Source: an uncultured virus (IMG/VR IMGVR_UViG_3300027743_000024)
Lineage: Duplodnaviria; Heunggongvirae; Uroviricota; Caudoviricetes
Reading direction: 5' to 3' (one strand)
Length of the DNA: 64,000 nt
IMG/VR virus record: IMGVR_UViG_3300027743_000024
The position numbers were made by a program, and so were the translations under genes. Positions 18,780 to 28,784 of the stretch are shown one piece after another. Below the pieces are notes generated by a model, which ran no database searches, was not told the origin of the DNA, and saw nothing but the letters and a program-made list of their open reading frames with translations. Numbering within the stretch: the stretch's first letter is position 1; every line of letters begins with the position of its first letter.

Positions 18780-21700
18780 TTATCTAGGACTCTGCCTAAA
18801 TATTGATTTCAAGTTGTTAAATGAGAAGCTTCTATTTTTTAAGTTATTGTATATTAATTGTATTAACACATATTTATCTCTCATTCTTTCTCCAAGTGGT
18901 TTATCAGTTGGTGATAAGTCTGTAAATATATTAGGACTATTAGAGGTTGAATATAACACTCTATTTCTAGGAACTGCTAATTGCCAACTTCTTTCTTTTC
19001 TTTTTATATTAGCTCCAGGAATTAATAGTTGATAATCAGTGTTTTGATAATCATTGTATATTCTAATTGTATTCCATGTATCATCATTGTAATTAACTCC
19101 ATTAGCATCAATTGCCTGACTGTCATATACTAAGTTGTCAAACACTTTAGTAGTTAAAGGAGACTCATTAGAAACTACATTAATTGATGAATCATATGTT
19201 TTAAAATAGAAGTTAGAATATTTACCACTATCATGTATGTATATTCTAGACAATTCATCAGGGTCTGTAGAAAATATCTTATACCCATCTGTAAAATAGA
19301 TCTTAGGAGTGAATGACATAAATGATGTAAATGCACCAATTCTATCATCATATACAAATGTGTACTTGTTTTTTATTTGACCAGATTGTGTAGGATTATT
19401 TGTATCATGCACAGTGAATATAGCTTGATCATATTTAAAATCATATACAGCAACTACACCATTGATTCCTAATTCCCCATCTTCATATACTGGTTTATCA
19501 AAATTGTTTACATTGTATATTAGGTTTTTATTAAAATATGAAAACATTCCTTTAACATCAGACAATGGAACAACTCCATCTTCACCACTAGATGCAAAGA
19601 ACTTTTTATTGCTAACATCTAACCATACATTTTTATATGAAGATTTAGTTAATCCCCATTGATGTTGAAGTCCAATTTCTGTTGATATATAATCATGTCT
19701 TTGTAATGGTAATCCAGTTCCAACTTGTAGAGCAGAATTAGTGTCATTATTAACATCAGTTATTACAGACCTTGGATTGATTTGAATTATACCAAATGCT
19801 CTGCTTTGCCAAAAAAACATTTTGTCTTTTAATATCTGCATTGCATTAATAGGTCCATAAGTTCCTTCTACATCCCAGAAGTTGTTAATTTTAAATATTC
19901 CCCAATTGTCAGTAAACTCTCCATTTGTTTTAATTTCTGATGCATGGAATCTATTGTCAAATTCTTCATTTAGAATAAATGGATCTGGCTTAGGAAAGAA
20001 ACTTTTAACATCACATTCAGAATGATATGAACTATTATATGTATAAGTTTCTTTCATTTCAATATCAACTGCAGATGGACCACCAACCATATCTTTGTTC
20101 ATATAATATCCATTTCTTAAATCTGGATTACAAACACTCTCAACTGGAAAATAAAATGTTGTTGACCACTTGTTAGGCTGTTGGCCTCTATTTGTTAATC
20201 CAAAGTTTTTAGCAGCTCTGCAAGAATCATACATTGAGACAAATATATCTCCACCAAATAATTTAAAATTATCATTTAGTGTTGCAGAAGAAGTTCTTAC
20301 AGGTCTGTAATGACTACAAGATATGTATGTATTATTTGCTCTTGCTGAATATGTATTACCTCCATATTGATTTGTTAATGTTCTTGAAAATGAAACATAA
20401 AATTTACCAGAAACAAAAATTATTTTTTGATATGGAATATTTGCATTTGAATATAAAAAAAATGCAGGATTACCAATAGCTGAACTTGTTGTAGTTGATG
20501 CATGAGGATCTATAGTTCCTGTTCCATAATCTATACCTTTATCATAATTAAAAACATCTGCTATAGCAGCATCTGCCCATGTATTTCCTCCATAACTAAC
20601 ATATGTGCACTGCTGCAATGAATGAACTAAAGGAAATAATACAGTATCTAATGGCGGAGGAGAAAAATCATAATATTTATAATACCAATATGGATCTCCT
20701 CCAAGACTAATTGATGATCCAATAGAGGTATTTACATTATTCATTATTGAATGAATTGTCATTTTTTGACTTGTATCTGGAAGAACAGTTGAAAAAATTA
20801 TATCTGGAGTTATAAACCAAGCATATTTTTGTGGAGAAGCTGTTCTAGAATCTCCATTATATCCCATAGATGTATTTGTAGTGCTTGGGGTTATCATATA
20901 TATATCACCATCAGTAGCCTGATCAACTGCATTTAAATAACCACTTGCTGTAATTGTTTTGTCTTTATCTTCTCTCTTAACTCTTACAATAGAATATCCA
21001 TCAATTAATTTAGAAATTTCATTAGGTATATTAACTTCAAATTTAACTCCAAGTGTTTGAACAAATGCTTCATCATAAACTCCGCCTGTATTGTTTCCTA
21101 CAAAACACAATCTAAAATCTTGGATAGTAGTTGGTGTCCCATTTGAGTATGTTGAATTAAAATTAATGTCAAAGAAGTCTGGCATTTTAATATCTCCAAT
21201 CCACTTAACAAATGTTGGATTTTTAGATTTATCAAAGAATTGAATTCCAAATCTATAAATTTCATTTCTTTGAAATCCTCTTAATGAAGATGTGTATGGA
21301 GGATATTTAAATCCTGCGTTAATTTTGTTACCACCAAACACAGTTGGCATCTCTTGAGGTGCTTGAGTGTAATTATCTGTAAAGCTTTGTACATCAAGTC
21401 TTAGTGATGTAATATTATAATCTGGATTTGTTGATCTCCAAGGTGCTGGTGTTCCATTAGGAACAGAAAAATATCCTCCAGATGGAGTGTCTTTATCTGC
21501 TGCAATTGCTTCAGTATAAAACTCATAAGATATATTTAATCCTGCACCACCAAGTATTCCACCAGTAGTATTAGGTTTAAATTTGCATTCCAATGCAGTT
21601 CCATATTCATTTATTGTGTCTTCAGTTTGAGGTAATGCTTCAGCAGTGGCTGAAGTGTATGGAAGATTAACATTATCATTTGTTAAGTATATATCAGCTG

Positions 21701-23114
21701 AAGCAGTTAATGGTGGAGGTGATGTAAATGCTCTAAATGCTCTTGCATCATAATCAATTTCTGATAATAAGTTTTTAACATTACCAACAAATAATCTATT
21801 ATCTTTTGTTCCTATTGTTTTGCAATGTGTAAATGCAACTGATGTTGAAAGAAATTCTTCAAGAGTTAAATCAATCCCAAGTTCAGATCCATCATAAGTT
21901 ATTTCATATGAATCAAGTGCACTAATTGGTGAGTCATCAATTATTGTTATTGTTGCAAGTTCAATTGATGTAGACCTAAATGCTACAGCAAACTCAATCC
22001 TGTCATAATCTTTATCAAGATTTGATACAGTCCATGTAATTTGCTTGTTAGTTGTAGAGCCAGCATTTGCTCCTACATAATCCCTAAAGTTTGCTCCTCC
22101 AGTATTAGCTTGTTCATTTGCAGGAACAACATAAACTATATCACTTAATTCACAAAAATTAGTTGTAGCTCCTCCAGTATTTTTAAATCTGTAGCAAGCT
22201 TGGTATGCTCCCACTTTAATTGATGATCCACCACCATTACCAATGTTAGTTAATATTGGTCTATCCATATCAACTGAAGGAACAATGTTTAACAAACTAA
22301 TATCAATTGCTAATGAGTTAGGATCTGCACAATTAATGCTTCTTAATTTATTATAATTGTCTGTAAAATAAATTCTTTCAACTCCAGAGTTTTCATATCT
22401 TCCTTCTGTTGCAGTTGGAGGTATTGCATAATATGTAGAGAAATCTACAAAGTTATTGTAGATTAATTTAAGAGTTCCATTTAAAGTTATCTTGTCATAT
22501 GTGTATTGCCATATTTGACCAACAGATGAAGATTCTATTGGAAGCAATGGATTGTGTCCACCAGGATTTTTAGTTTTATTATTTGTTGTAAATAAATAAA
22601 CCTTTTGTCTTAGCTCAACACTTCCTATAATTTCAAGGCCTGATTGAGCTGGAACATAATCATTTGTAACAAATAGTTCAGAGCTTACAAGAATTGATAC
22701 TATTGTGTATCCAGGATTTGGAACAAATACTAAAAATGTATTACCTATGTATATATTATATGCAATTAATAATTGACTGTATGCTCCAGCTATATAATTA
22801 TATAACTCTTGTGGATTCATTCCAGTTGTATCAAATGTTGTGCTTTGAGTTGTTATTACACCAGATGGAGCACTAGTTGCTATTGCTAATAATACACCTG
22901 TTCCATCTGCAATTATCTCAAGCTTTTTAAATTCAGGTGTATCAGGAATAACAATATTATCTAATGTTCCCTTTACATTATTAATAGAAAATGATGTAGA
23001 ACCTACATCATTCAATATTCTAACATTGTTAGCTTCTCTATATTTTGTTTTATCAAGGTTTAATGGATTAATATCTAAATCCATCCCCTTGCTAAAAGTA
23101 TTAATTGACTCCAT
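18780..23114 (-). CDS. Tail muzzle / tail stabilization protein (1444 aa)
   Basis: N-terminal NTFSKGMDLD...YREANNVRI, IYRFGIQF, FGGDIF and RMRDKY motifs seen in crAss-like tail stabilization proteins; synteny. Confidence 0.8.
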   Translation of the reverse strand: MESINTFSKGMDLDINPLNLDKTKYREANNVRILNDVGSTSFSINNVKGTLDNIVIPDTPEFKKLEIIADGTGVLLAIATSAPSGVITTQSTTFDTTGMNPQELYNYIAGAYSQLLIAYNIYIGNTFLVFVPNPGYTIVSILVSSELFVTNDYVPAQSGLEIIGSVELRQKVYLFTTNNKTKNPGGHNPLLPIESSSVGQIWQYTYDKITLNGTLKLIYNNFVDFSTYYAIPPTATEGRYENSGVERIYFTDNYNKLRSINCADPNSLAIDISLLNIVPSVDMDRPILTNIGNGGGSSIKVGAYQACYRFKNTGGATTNFCELSDIVYVVPANEQANTGGANFRDYVGANAGSTTNKQITWTVSNLDKDYDRIEFAVAFRSTSIELATITIIDDSPISALDSYEITYDGSELGIDLTLEEFLSTSVAFTHCKTIGTKDNRLFVGNVKNLLSEIDYDARAFRAFTSPPPLTASADIYLTNDNVNLPYTSATAEALPQTEDTINEYGTALECKFKPNTTGGILGGAGLNISYEFYTEAIAADKDTPSGGYFSVPNGTPAPWRSTNPDYNITSLRLDVQSFTDNYTQAPQEMPTVFGGNKINAGFKYPPYTSSLRGFQRNEIYRFGIQFFDKSKNPTFVKWIGDIKMPDFFDINFNSTYSNGTPTTIQDFRLCFVGNNTGGVYDEAFVQTLGVKFEVNIPNEISKLIDGYSIVRVKREDKDKTITASGYLNAVDQATDGDIYMITPSTTNTSMGYNGDSRTASPQKYAWFITPDIIFSTVLPDTSQKMTIHSIMNNVNTSIGSSISLGGDPYWYYKYYDFSPPPLDTVLFPLVHSLQQCTYVSYGGNTWADAAIADVFNYDKGIDYGTGTIDPHASTTTSSAIGNPAFFLYSNANIPYQKIIFVSGKFYVSFSRTLTNQYGGNTYSARANNTYISCSHYRPVRTSSATLNDNFKLFGGDIFVSMYDSCRAAKNFGLTNRGQQPNKWSTTFYFPVESVCNPDLRNGYYMNKDMVGGPSAVDIEMKETYTYNSSYHSECDVKSFFPKPDPFILNEEFDNRFHASEIKTNGEFTDNWGIFKINNFWDVEGTYGPINAMQILKDKMFFWQSRAFGIIQINPRSVITDVNNDTNSALQVGTGLPLQRHDYISTEIGLQHQWGLTKSSYKNVWLDVSNKKFFASSGEDGVVPLSDVKGMFSYFNKNLIYNVNNFDKPVYEDGELGINGVVAVYDFKYDQAIFTVHDTNNPTQSGQIKNKYTFVYDDRIGAFTSFMSFTPKIYFTDGYKIFSTDPDELSRIYIHDSGKYSNFYFKTYDSSINVVSNESPLTTKVFDNLVYDSQAIDANGVNYNDDTWNTIRIYNDYQNTDYQLLIPGANIKRKERSWQLAVPRNRVLYSTSNSPNIFTDLSPTDKPLGERMRDKYVLIQLIYNNLKNRSFSFNNLKSIFRQSPR

Positions 23115-23125
23115 TTATATTTTAA

Positions 23126-23869
23126 TTAAGAGTTTATATTTCTTCTTTCTTTTCTACCTAAGTTAATAAAGCTTCTGTCGTACTCATTAGTGAGCGGTAA
23201 CATTCTTCTCCATACATTTTTAAGTCTTTCCATTTGAGCAACATTAGGCATGTTTGCAGCACCTTTAGCAGCAGCTACATAGAACAACCACTCTTTCTCA
23301 GACTCATCTTTAATCTTGTCTGCAATCTTTCCCTTTCTCCAATCTTGTCTATCTAACATATAAGTTATATATGCTGTAATTGCTTTTGCAAAATAAACAT
23401 CATCTGGAATCATTGGAAATCCTTCTTCATCAACTGGCATTCCTAAATATACAATACAAACATTTGTTGGATTAAGAACAACTATATTTGTTTGTGTACT
23501 TGTTTTAATATTTGTAATTAAATAATTATCATTTAAATAAAATGTGTAATCACATTGGTTTGTATTACACACAGGTATCTGACATTCACTACACTGATAG
23601 TTTGATGCATTAGTATTGTTTGCCCAATGCATAGGAATTCCTTTATAGTTAATTGCAACTAGCTTGTAGAAATTACATGGTAGTTTAGCTTTACCATCTA
23701 CAAGTTCTATACAATCACTTGTTGATTCATATTGAGAATAAGCTCCAATTAAGTTCAGCCCTTCTGCAGCCCATTCAACCATTGAACTAAGTGGAATCTC
23801 TTCATTGATTCCAAGGTCACGGTAAACCTTTGCTAATATTACATTGAGAGAAATATATCCTGATATCAT
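23126..23869 (-). CDS. Tail ring/adaptor protein
   Basis: 247 aa; DEEGFPMIPD motif; directly upstream of muzzle gene. Confidence 0.7.
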   Translation of the reverse strand: MISGYISLNVILAKVYRDLGINEEIPLSSMVEWAAEGLNLIGAYSQYESTSDCIELVDGKAKLPCNFYKLVAINYKGIPMHWANNTNASNYQCSECQIPVCNTNQCDYTFYLNDNYLITNIKTSTQTNIVVLNPTNVCIVYLGMPVDEEGFPMIPDDVYFAKAITAYITYMLDRQDWRKGKIADKIKDESEKEWLFYVAAAKGAANMPNVAQMERLKNVWRRMLPLTNEYDRSFINLGRKERRNINS

Positions 23870-23875
23870 TTTAAT

Positions 23876-24328
23876 TTATTTGAAATAATCAATTTGTGTT
23901 GTTGATAATGTTTTTTTAACAAGTCTTTTAGCACCTCTATTTGCTGTAAACTTATATCCAGTCTTATTAATAAATATAGCACTTGTCTTTTTCCAATTCC
24001 ATTTATATGTAAATTCATCCTCATGGTAAACTCTATATCCAAGTTCTTTTGATCTTTTGTAATCTGTTGGCCATTTTTCTTTTGGTCTGTCAAAGCTTCT
24101 TTCATATTTAGATATCTGAAGTGCACCAAGTCTATATGGTATTTCAAACAGCTTTGCTTCTTTAACAACAACAGTTATAATCTCCTCATTTAAGGCCTTT
24201 ATTATTCTAGCATATTCTTTATACTCAATCTTAGTTTTAGAATTCTTACAAAAGTATTTGTACATATCTCTAACTCCAAGTGGTTTAACAATTTTGCCTT
24301 TCCCCCTTTTAGCATTTTGTTTTATCAT
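23876..24328 (-). CDS. HU/IHF-like DNA-binding protein
   Basis: Basic 150 aa with FEIPYRLGALQI strand motif; conserved position between ring genes in crAss-like phages. Confidence 0.6.
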   Translation of the reverse strand: MIKQNAKRGKGKIVKPLGVRDMYKYFCKNSKTKIEYKEYARIIKALNEEIITVVVKEAKLFEIPYRLGALQISKYERSFDRPKEKWPTDYKRSKELGYRVYHEDEFTYKWNWKKTSAIFINKTGYKFTANRGAKRLVKKTLSTTQIDYFK

Positions 24329-24426
24329 TTATACGACCATTTAAATTTTCCAGCAGTTTTTAATTTACCTTTGCATGCTGCAGATATTGAACTTACGTCA
24401 ATTTTTAAACTATTATTTTCTTCCAT
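24325..24426 (-). pseudogene. 33-aa remnant of a NUMOD1-containing homing endonuclease
   Basis: MEENNSLKIDVSSISAACKGKLKTAGKFKWSYK*, resembling the NUMOD1 C-terminal ISxCCxGKxKTAGGFKWxY motif; overlaps both neighbours. Confidence 0.6.
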
Positions 24427-25093
24427 CTTGAGTTAAATTTGCTCCATCATTTTTGTCATCTGGTATAAATGTCATGAATGGCATCACTTTAGTTTTAATA
24501 ATAATGTCAGTTATTTGTGAGCTCATATTTGCTGATGCAGGATATGGTGAGTCAGTTGTAAAACAAACTCCTCCTTCACATGTAGGGAAGTTTGCAAGTT
24601 CCATTGGATCTTCAAATAATGCTTGCACATTGATTATAGATAGGTCCTCATTATTGACAACATAAATATAATCATTTTTTAAATAATAATATTTCTTATT
24701 GCCAGTGTATTTATTATACTTTTGATATCTATTACTAAATTGATTTGATTTTGGAATCTGATCACCAAATGCAGTTGTTACACTAACAATCCAGTTTGGC
24801 TTCCATGTATCAATAGTTGCAGGTAATTTTTTAACTGTTTTAAGAACATAGCATCCACTTGGAGCTAAACAACATTCAGACTCATCAGCTAGCTCTAAAG
24901 CCATACAATTAATCTGCTGTAGCCATGTGTCATTTAAATCATCTTTCTTTAACAAAGATTGATTAATTAACATTGCTCTAGTTTGGTTTATCCAATACCA
25001 TATTTGTTCATTTGGTATTTTGAAGTTATCTGGGTTACTACCGCTTGATGCAATAGCTCTGATATCATCTGTAATTTCCTGAAGAGTTATCAT
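24413..25093 (-). CDS. Tail ring protein
   Basis: 226 aa; ALFEDP and DSPYP motifs; synteny. Confidence 0.65.
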   Translation of the reverse strand: MITLQEITDDIRAIASSGSNPDNFKIPNEQIWYWINQTRAMLINQSLLKKDDLNDTWLQQINCMALELADESECCLAPSGCYVLKTVKKLPATIDTWKPNWIVSVTTAFGDQIPKSNQFSNRYQKYNKYTGNKKYYYLKNDYIYVVNNEDLSIINVQALFEDPMELANFPTCEGGVCFTTDSPYPASANMSSQITDIIIKTKVMPFMTFIPDDKNDGANLTQDGRK

Positions 25094-25136
25094 CTAAATA
25101 AAATTAAAGGCTAATTCATTAAAATTAGCCTGTTTT

Positions 25137-25169
25137 AATATAATGAAAATAGTTGAATTAAGCAACTTA
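25137..25169 (-). promoter_or_regulatory. Putative late promoter
   Basis: TAAG TTGCTT N17 TATATT upstream of ring gene. Confidence 0.7.
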
Positions 25170-25754
25170 TTTTCTGCTTTTAATTAGTCTTATTCCAAGA
25201 CCAATATTATGTGTTTTATCAACAATTCCATATCTATATGTTATGCTGATCTTCTTTGCATTTAATGTTAAAAATGGAGATGCATTAAACTTGGATGTAT
25301 TACCTCCAACTTCTAGACCTCCATATAAACTCCAGTTAGGACTTTTGATCACTTTTAATGTATCCACTCTTGATACAGTTTTTATGATCTCTAATGGAGT
25401 TTTAAGCCTATATGATATAGATTGTTCTTTAATTAAACCAAGCACCTTATAGTTTGAAAAAATAGTTAAATTACTATCAGACAATGAGTCATTATAAACT
25501 CTTGTTATTGGTGTGTTAAACTCTGGCCAAGAATCTGTTGTATCAACATAAGCAGTATCCCATTTTGGATAGTACTTAGTTTTAAACTTAATCACTTCAT
25601 ATGGTCTATCAATTGTGTCAAATATAATCATTGACTCACCCCTAATGTATTCAATTATTGGCTCTTCTTTTTTACCATTACATCCTTTTAAAAGAAACAA
25701 TACAAGAATGATTAGTCCTAATATTAATATTAAATATTCCTTTATCTTTTCCAC
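25167..25754 (-). CDS. Membrane-anchored lysis-module protein (spanin-like lipoprotein)
   Basis: Hydrophobic N-terminus ending LKGC, beta-rich C-terminus; follows endolysin and holin. Confidence 0.45.
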   Translation of the reverse strand: MEKIKEYLILILGLIILVLFLLKGCNGKKEEPIIEYIRGESMIIFDTIDRPYEVIKFKTKYYPKWDTAYVDTTDSWPEFNTPITRVYNDSLSDSNLTIFSNYKVLGLIKEQSISYRLKTPLEIIKTVSRVDTLKVIKSPNWSLYGGLEVGGNTSKFNASPFLTLNAKKISITYRYGIVDKTHNIGLGIRLIKSRK

Positions 25755-25978
25755 TAATCCTTTTTATTAAAATTAGTTAAGAACTTGCCTACAACTCCAA
25801 GTACAATTGAGGTTGTAATCATTCCTCTTAATTGACCTGATGTAAACACTTCTTTAAGTGTATCAAATTGCCAAATTCCTCCTACAGCAACTACTGTTGC
25901 AGCTGCTAATAAACCATCTCCTATTTTCCTCCATTTTTCAGGAGTTGGAGATAAATACAATTCTTTTATTTTTTTCAT
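25754..25978 (-). CDS. Putative holin
   Basis: 74 aa, two hydrophobic helices, PTPEKWRKIGD N-terminus, next to endolysin. Confidence 0.6.
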   Translation of the reverse strand: MKKIKELYLSPTPEKWRKIGDGLLAAATVVAVGGIWQFDTLKEVFTSGQLRGMITTSIVLGVVGKFLTNFNKKD

Positions 25979-25981
25979 GTT

Positions 25982-26452
25982 TTATATAATTGGATATCCT
26001 TCTAAATCTTTTTTAAGTAATTTTATCTCTGCTAATTTATGATTGAAAGTTTGCTCAAAATGAGGGGTGTCTATTATTGATTTAAAATCTCCTCCCCAAG
26101 TCCAACCATGAGATTTAAATACAGCAACAACTTCCATCCAATCTTTCTTACCATCTTTGTCTACATCTTCAGTCATTGACCAAGAAATGCTTCCATCATT
26201 GTGTAATAAGCAGAAGTCTACAGCAAGTCCATAATTATGCATAGAATCTCCACCTTTAGCTTTTGTAACTATATTGCCTGGCCTTGTTCTTCCTTGTGCA
26301 TACAAATTGTTTTGTTCTTCAATAGTTCTCAGGCCCTGAGTTATCCTGATGTTAATTCCTTTTGATTGTATTTCTAAAAGAATACTAGCACATTCACTTC
26401 TTAGTTTAGGATGAATTTTTGCAATTCTAGATATTGAAACTTTATCACTCAT
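25982..26452 (-). CDS. Endolysin, M15 family L-alanyl-D-glutamate peptidase
   Basis: GLRTIEEQ..LYAQGRT, SMHNYGLAVDF, WGGDF..D.PHFE motifs. Confidence 0.9.
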   Translation of the reverse strand: MSDKVSISRIAKIHPKLRSECASILLEIQSKGINIRITQGLRTIEEQNNLYAQGRTRPGNIVTKAKGGDSMHNYGLAVDFCLLHNDGSISWSMTEDVDKDGKKDWMEVVAVFKSHGWTWGGDFKSIIDTPHFEQTFNHKLAEIKLLKKDLEGYPII

Positions 26453-26509
26453 TTCCTTTAATTTTTTTATGTATTTGATTCTTTGGTAATTAACTGGGAT
26501 ATTTCATTT

Positions 26510-27841
26510 TTATCTAATTTCTTTAAATTTAAGGCCACCACTACAATCAGAAGTTCCACCAATTCCGCTTACTATTAATGATAGAGTACCAAGTGATCTA
26601 ACTGCTCCAGAAGCATCTAATGTCATTGGATATCTAGATACAACAGTATTATTAATAAGTCCTGGAGAAGCTCCAGAAGCTGCAACCCAACCAGCGTCAA
26701 TTACAATTACAGGTGATCCACTTATAGTTCCTGCTGTATTATATTCTACAGATGAATATGTTGTATTAACATCATTATATGTTGTTGTTCCGCTTATTGC
26801 TTGACCAATACATAATTCCCATCTAACAGGTTTTGTTCCAGTTACAAATAACTCTACATCTATGTATACAACTCTTGTTCTGTTTGAAAATCCATTAAAT
26901 GTTGTTTTTGGTCTAAGACTTAATAAATGAGTTCTTGCTCCAGATGATGCTGTAACAGATCCTGATTGAACAAATGTGTATCCAAATTTATCTGTATCTT
27001 CTACACCACCTTCACTAATTACAGAAGAACATATGAAATTCATTGTTGTACTTACAGTTGCTGTTGATGTCATTCCACATCTAACTGGCAAGTTAGCTGT
27101 TTGAATATATGGATAGGTTGATATATTTGAATGTAAAAATTCATGACAATAAATAATTGTTCCTCCAATATCAAAACCCATTCTAACTCTACCAACATAT
27201 AATGCCTGAAAATCAATTACAAGAATTTGTGTTTTACTTACATCTAAAACTATTCCACTTGATCCAGTTCCATTTAATTTATCTAGATTCCAATTTTGTT
27301 GTGAAACAGTTTCAGTTCCATTTCCACTTGCTGAATAAATAACAAACTGATTTGATCCATTTAAAACTTGAAATTCAAATCCATTTGTTCCATCAGATAG
27401 TCCAGCAAATTTAATTACATTTGAAACTCCTGAATTCATATTGAATGTAATAAATACAAGTTGAGATTTACCAGGTTGATATGGAAGGTATTCAAAGCTT
27501 TGCATATAACTCTTTCCACCTGTTGGTGTAGAGCTAAATGTCATTAATGCACTTCTATTAGTTGTATCATGAGATATTGTTGACCCAGATCCATTTATAA
27601 CTTGCTCATACAAAAGAGGAGCAAGGCCATATGTTAGTTGAGCACTAAATAATGTTAAAGGATTAGATATCCTTAATCTGCTAAATGAATCAAGATTTGC
27701 TCCATCTTTAAATGATATCTCACTCTTATTTACATCAACTTCATTACCACTAGCATCATATAATGTTACACGTGCTGCTTTACTAATGGGATCAATTCTT
27801 AGTTCATCTGTTGAATTATCACTACCTATATTTACTGACAT
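26510..27841 (-). CDS. Virion structural protein, beta-rich (fibre/spike-associated)
   Basis: 443 aa Ser/Thr/Gly-rich; DSFSRLRIS, YQPGKSQL, LYVGRVRMGF motifs. Confidence 0.5.
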   Translation of the reverse strand: MSVNIGSDNSTDELRIDPISKAARVTLYDASGNEVDVNKSEISFKDGANLDSFSRLRISNPLTLFSAQLTYGLAPLLYEQVINGSGSTISHDTTNRSALMTFSSTPTGGKSYMQSFEYLPYQPGKSQLVFITFNMNSGVSNVIKFAGLSDGTNGFEFQVLNGSNQFVIYSASGNGTETVSQQNWNLDKLNGTGSSGIVLDVSKTQILVIDFQALYVGRVRMGFDIGGTIIYCHEFLHSNISTYPYIQTANLPVRCGMTSTATVSTTMNFICSSVISEGGVEDTDKFGYTFVQSGSVTASSGARTHLLSLRPKTTFNGFSNRTRVVYIDVELFVTGTKPVRWELCIGQAISGTTTYNDVNTTYSSVEYNTAGTISGSPVIVIDAGWVAASGASPGLINNTVVSRYPMTLDASGAVRSLGTLSLIVSGIGGTSDCSGGLKFKEIR

Positions 27842-27842
27842 A

Positions 27843-28334
27843 TTATATTTTATAATTAATTATAAATTTACCACTTATTGTGCCACTTAATGATTTTACA
27901 TATAAATGGAAAAATTGATTATCTGCTTTTGCACTTAAGTCTAATGATTCAAGCCATAGTTCATCAACCTTTCTTCCATCACTAGTTTGCTTTACACCTT
28001 TTGATAAAAGTATTATACTATCTAATGTAACATTTGCATCTTGTATTGTAAATGTTTTTGATCTCTGATATCTGCCTGTTCCAAAGTCTATTTCAATTTG
28101 TTTATTCTTTGTTAAGTCATCATCTTTAACAAGCTCATCTAATGTGTTTTTAACATTAGTGTTATTTAAGGTTAGTGGATTTGCATATTGAACAGAATAT
28201 GATTTCTCTAACATCCTTAATCTTCTATCAGGAGTTCCTATATATACATTCTCATCATCTCCATAGTATCTTGCACCTGGAGTTGCTATTCTATTAGAAT
28301 GTATTCTTTTTCTTTCTTGATAAGATAGAGCCAA
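27843..28334 (-). CDS. Hypothetical structural protein
   Basis: 163-aa ORF in tail operon. Confidence 0.5.
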   Translation of the reverse strand: MALSYQERKRIHSNRIATPGARYYGDDENVYIGTPDRRLRMLEKSYSVQYANPLTLNNTNVKNTLDELVKDDDLTKNKQIEIDFGTGRYQRSKTFTIQDANVTLDSIILLSKGVKQTSDGRKVDELWLESLDLSAKADNQFFHLYVKSLSGTISGKFIINYKI

Positions 28335-28336
28335 AA

Positions 28337-28603
28337 TTATTTAATCTTTGCAGTTAATTCCTTGATCTCTTTAGTAAGAACAATTATACTATCTTTTAAA
28401 TCATCAAATTTGTCAGACATTGATTCATGCTTGTTAACATGGTCTGTCTTTAAAACTTCTAATTCAGACCTTGTTTTAATTGCAAGATCTTTTGTTTCTT
28501 TTAAATCATTCATTGTTTGCTTTAAAAAGTATCCAATAATACTAACAATTATTGTTGTAAGCGCTGTAAGAATTGTTAATATAACTGCTTCTATTGAAAT
28601 CAT
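28337..28603 (-). CDS. Small membrane protein with coiled coil (holin/antiholin-like)
   Basis: One N-terminal TM helix then charged heptads. Confidence 0.5.
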   Translation of the reverse strand: MISIEAVILTILTALTTIIVSIIGYFLKQTMNDLKETKDLAIKTRSELEVLKTDHVNKHESMSDKFDDLKDSIIVLTKEIKELTAKIK

Positions 28604-28613
28604 AATGGAAATG

Positions 28614-28784
28614 TTATTTTTTTAATTGGTAAATATAATTATTACCATCACAGATAACACTTGCAATGGATTTAATTTCTTGTTCTGTTAATTCTCTTTC
28701 TGGAAATAAAACAATATTTTCAATTGTATTACCTTGTTCATCAACACTTTTAATAGTGTTTGTCACTGCTTTAATTACTATCAT
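28614..28784 (-). CDS. Small hypothetical protein (56 aa), possible fibre chaperone
   Basis: ATG overlaps stop of 345-aa gene; fills gap in operon; below ORF-track cutoff. Confidence 0.5.
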   Translation of the reverse strand: MIVIKAVTNTIKSVDEQGNTIENIVLFPERELTEQEIKSIASVICDGNNYIYQLKK

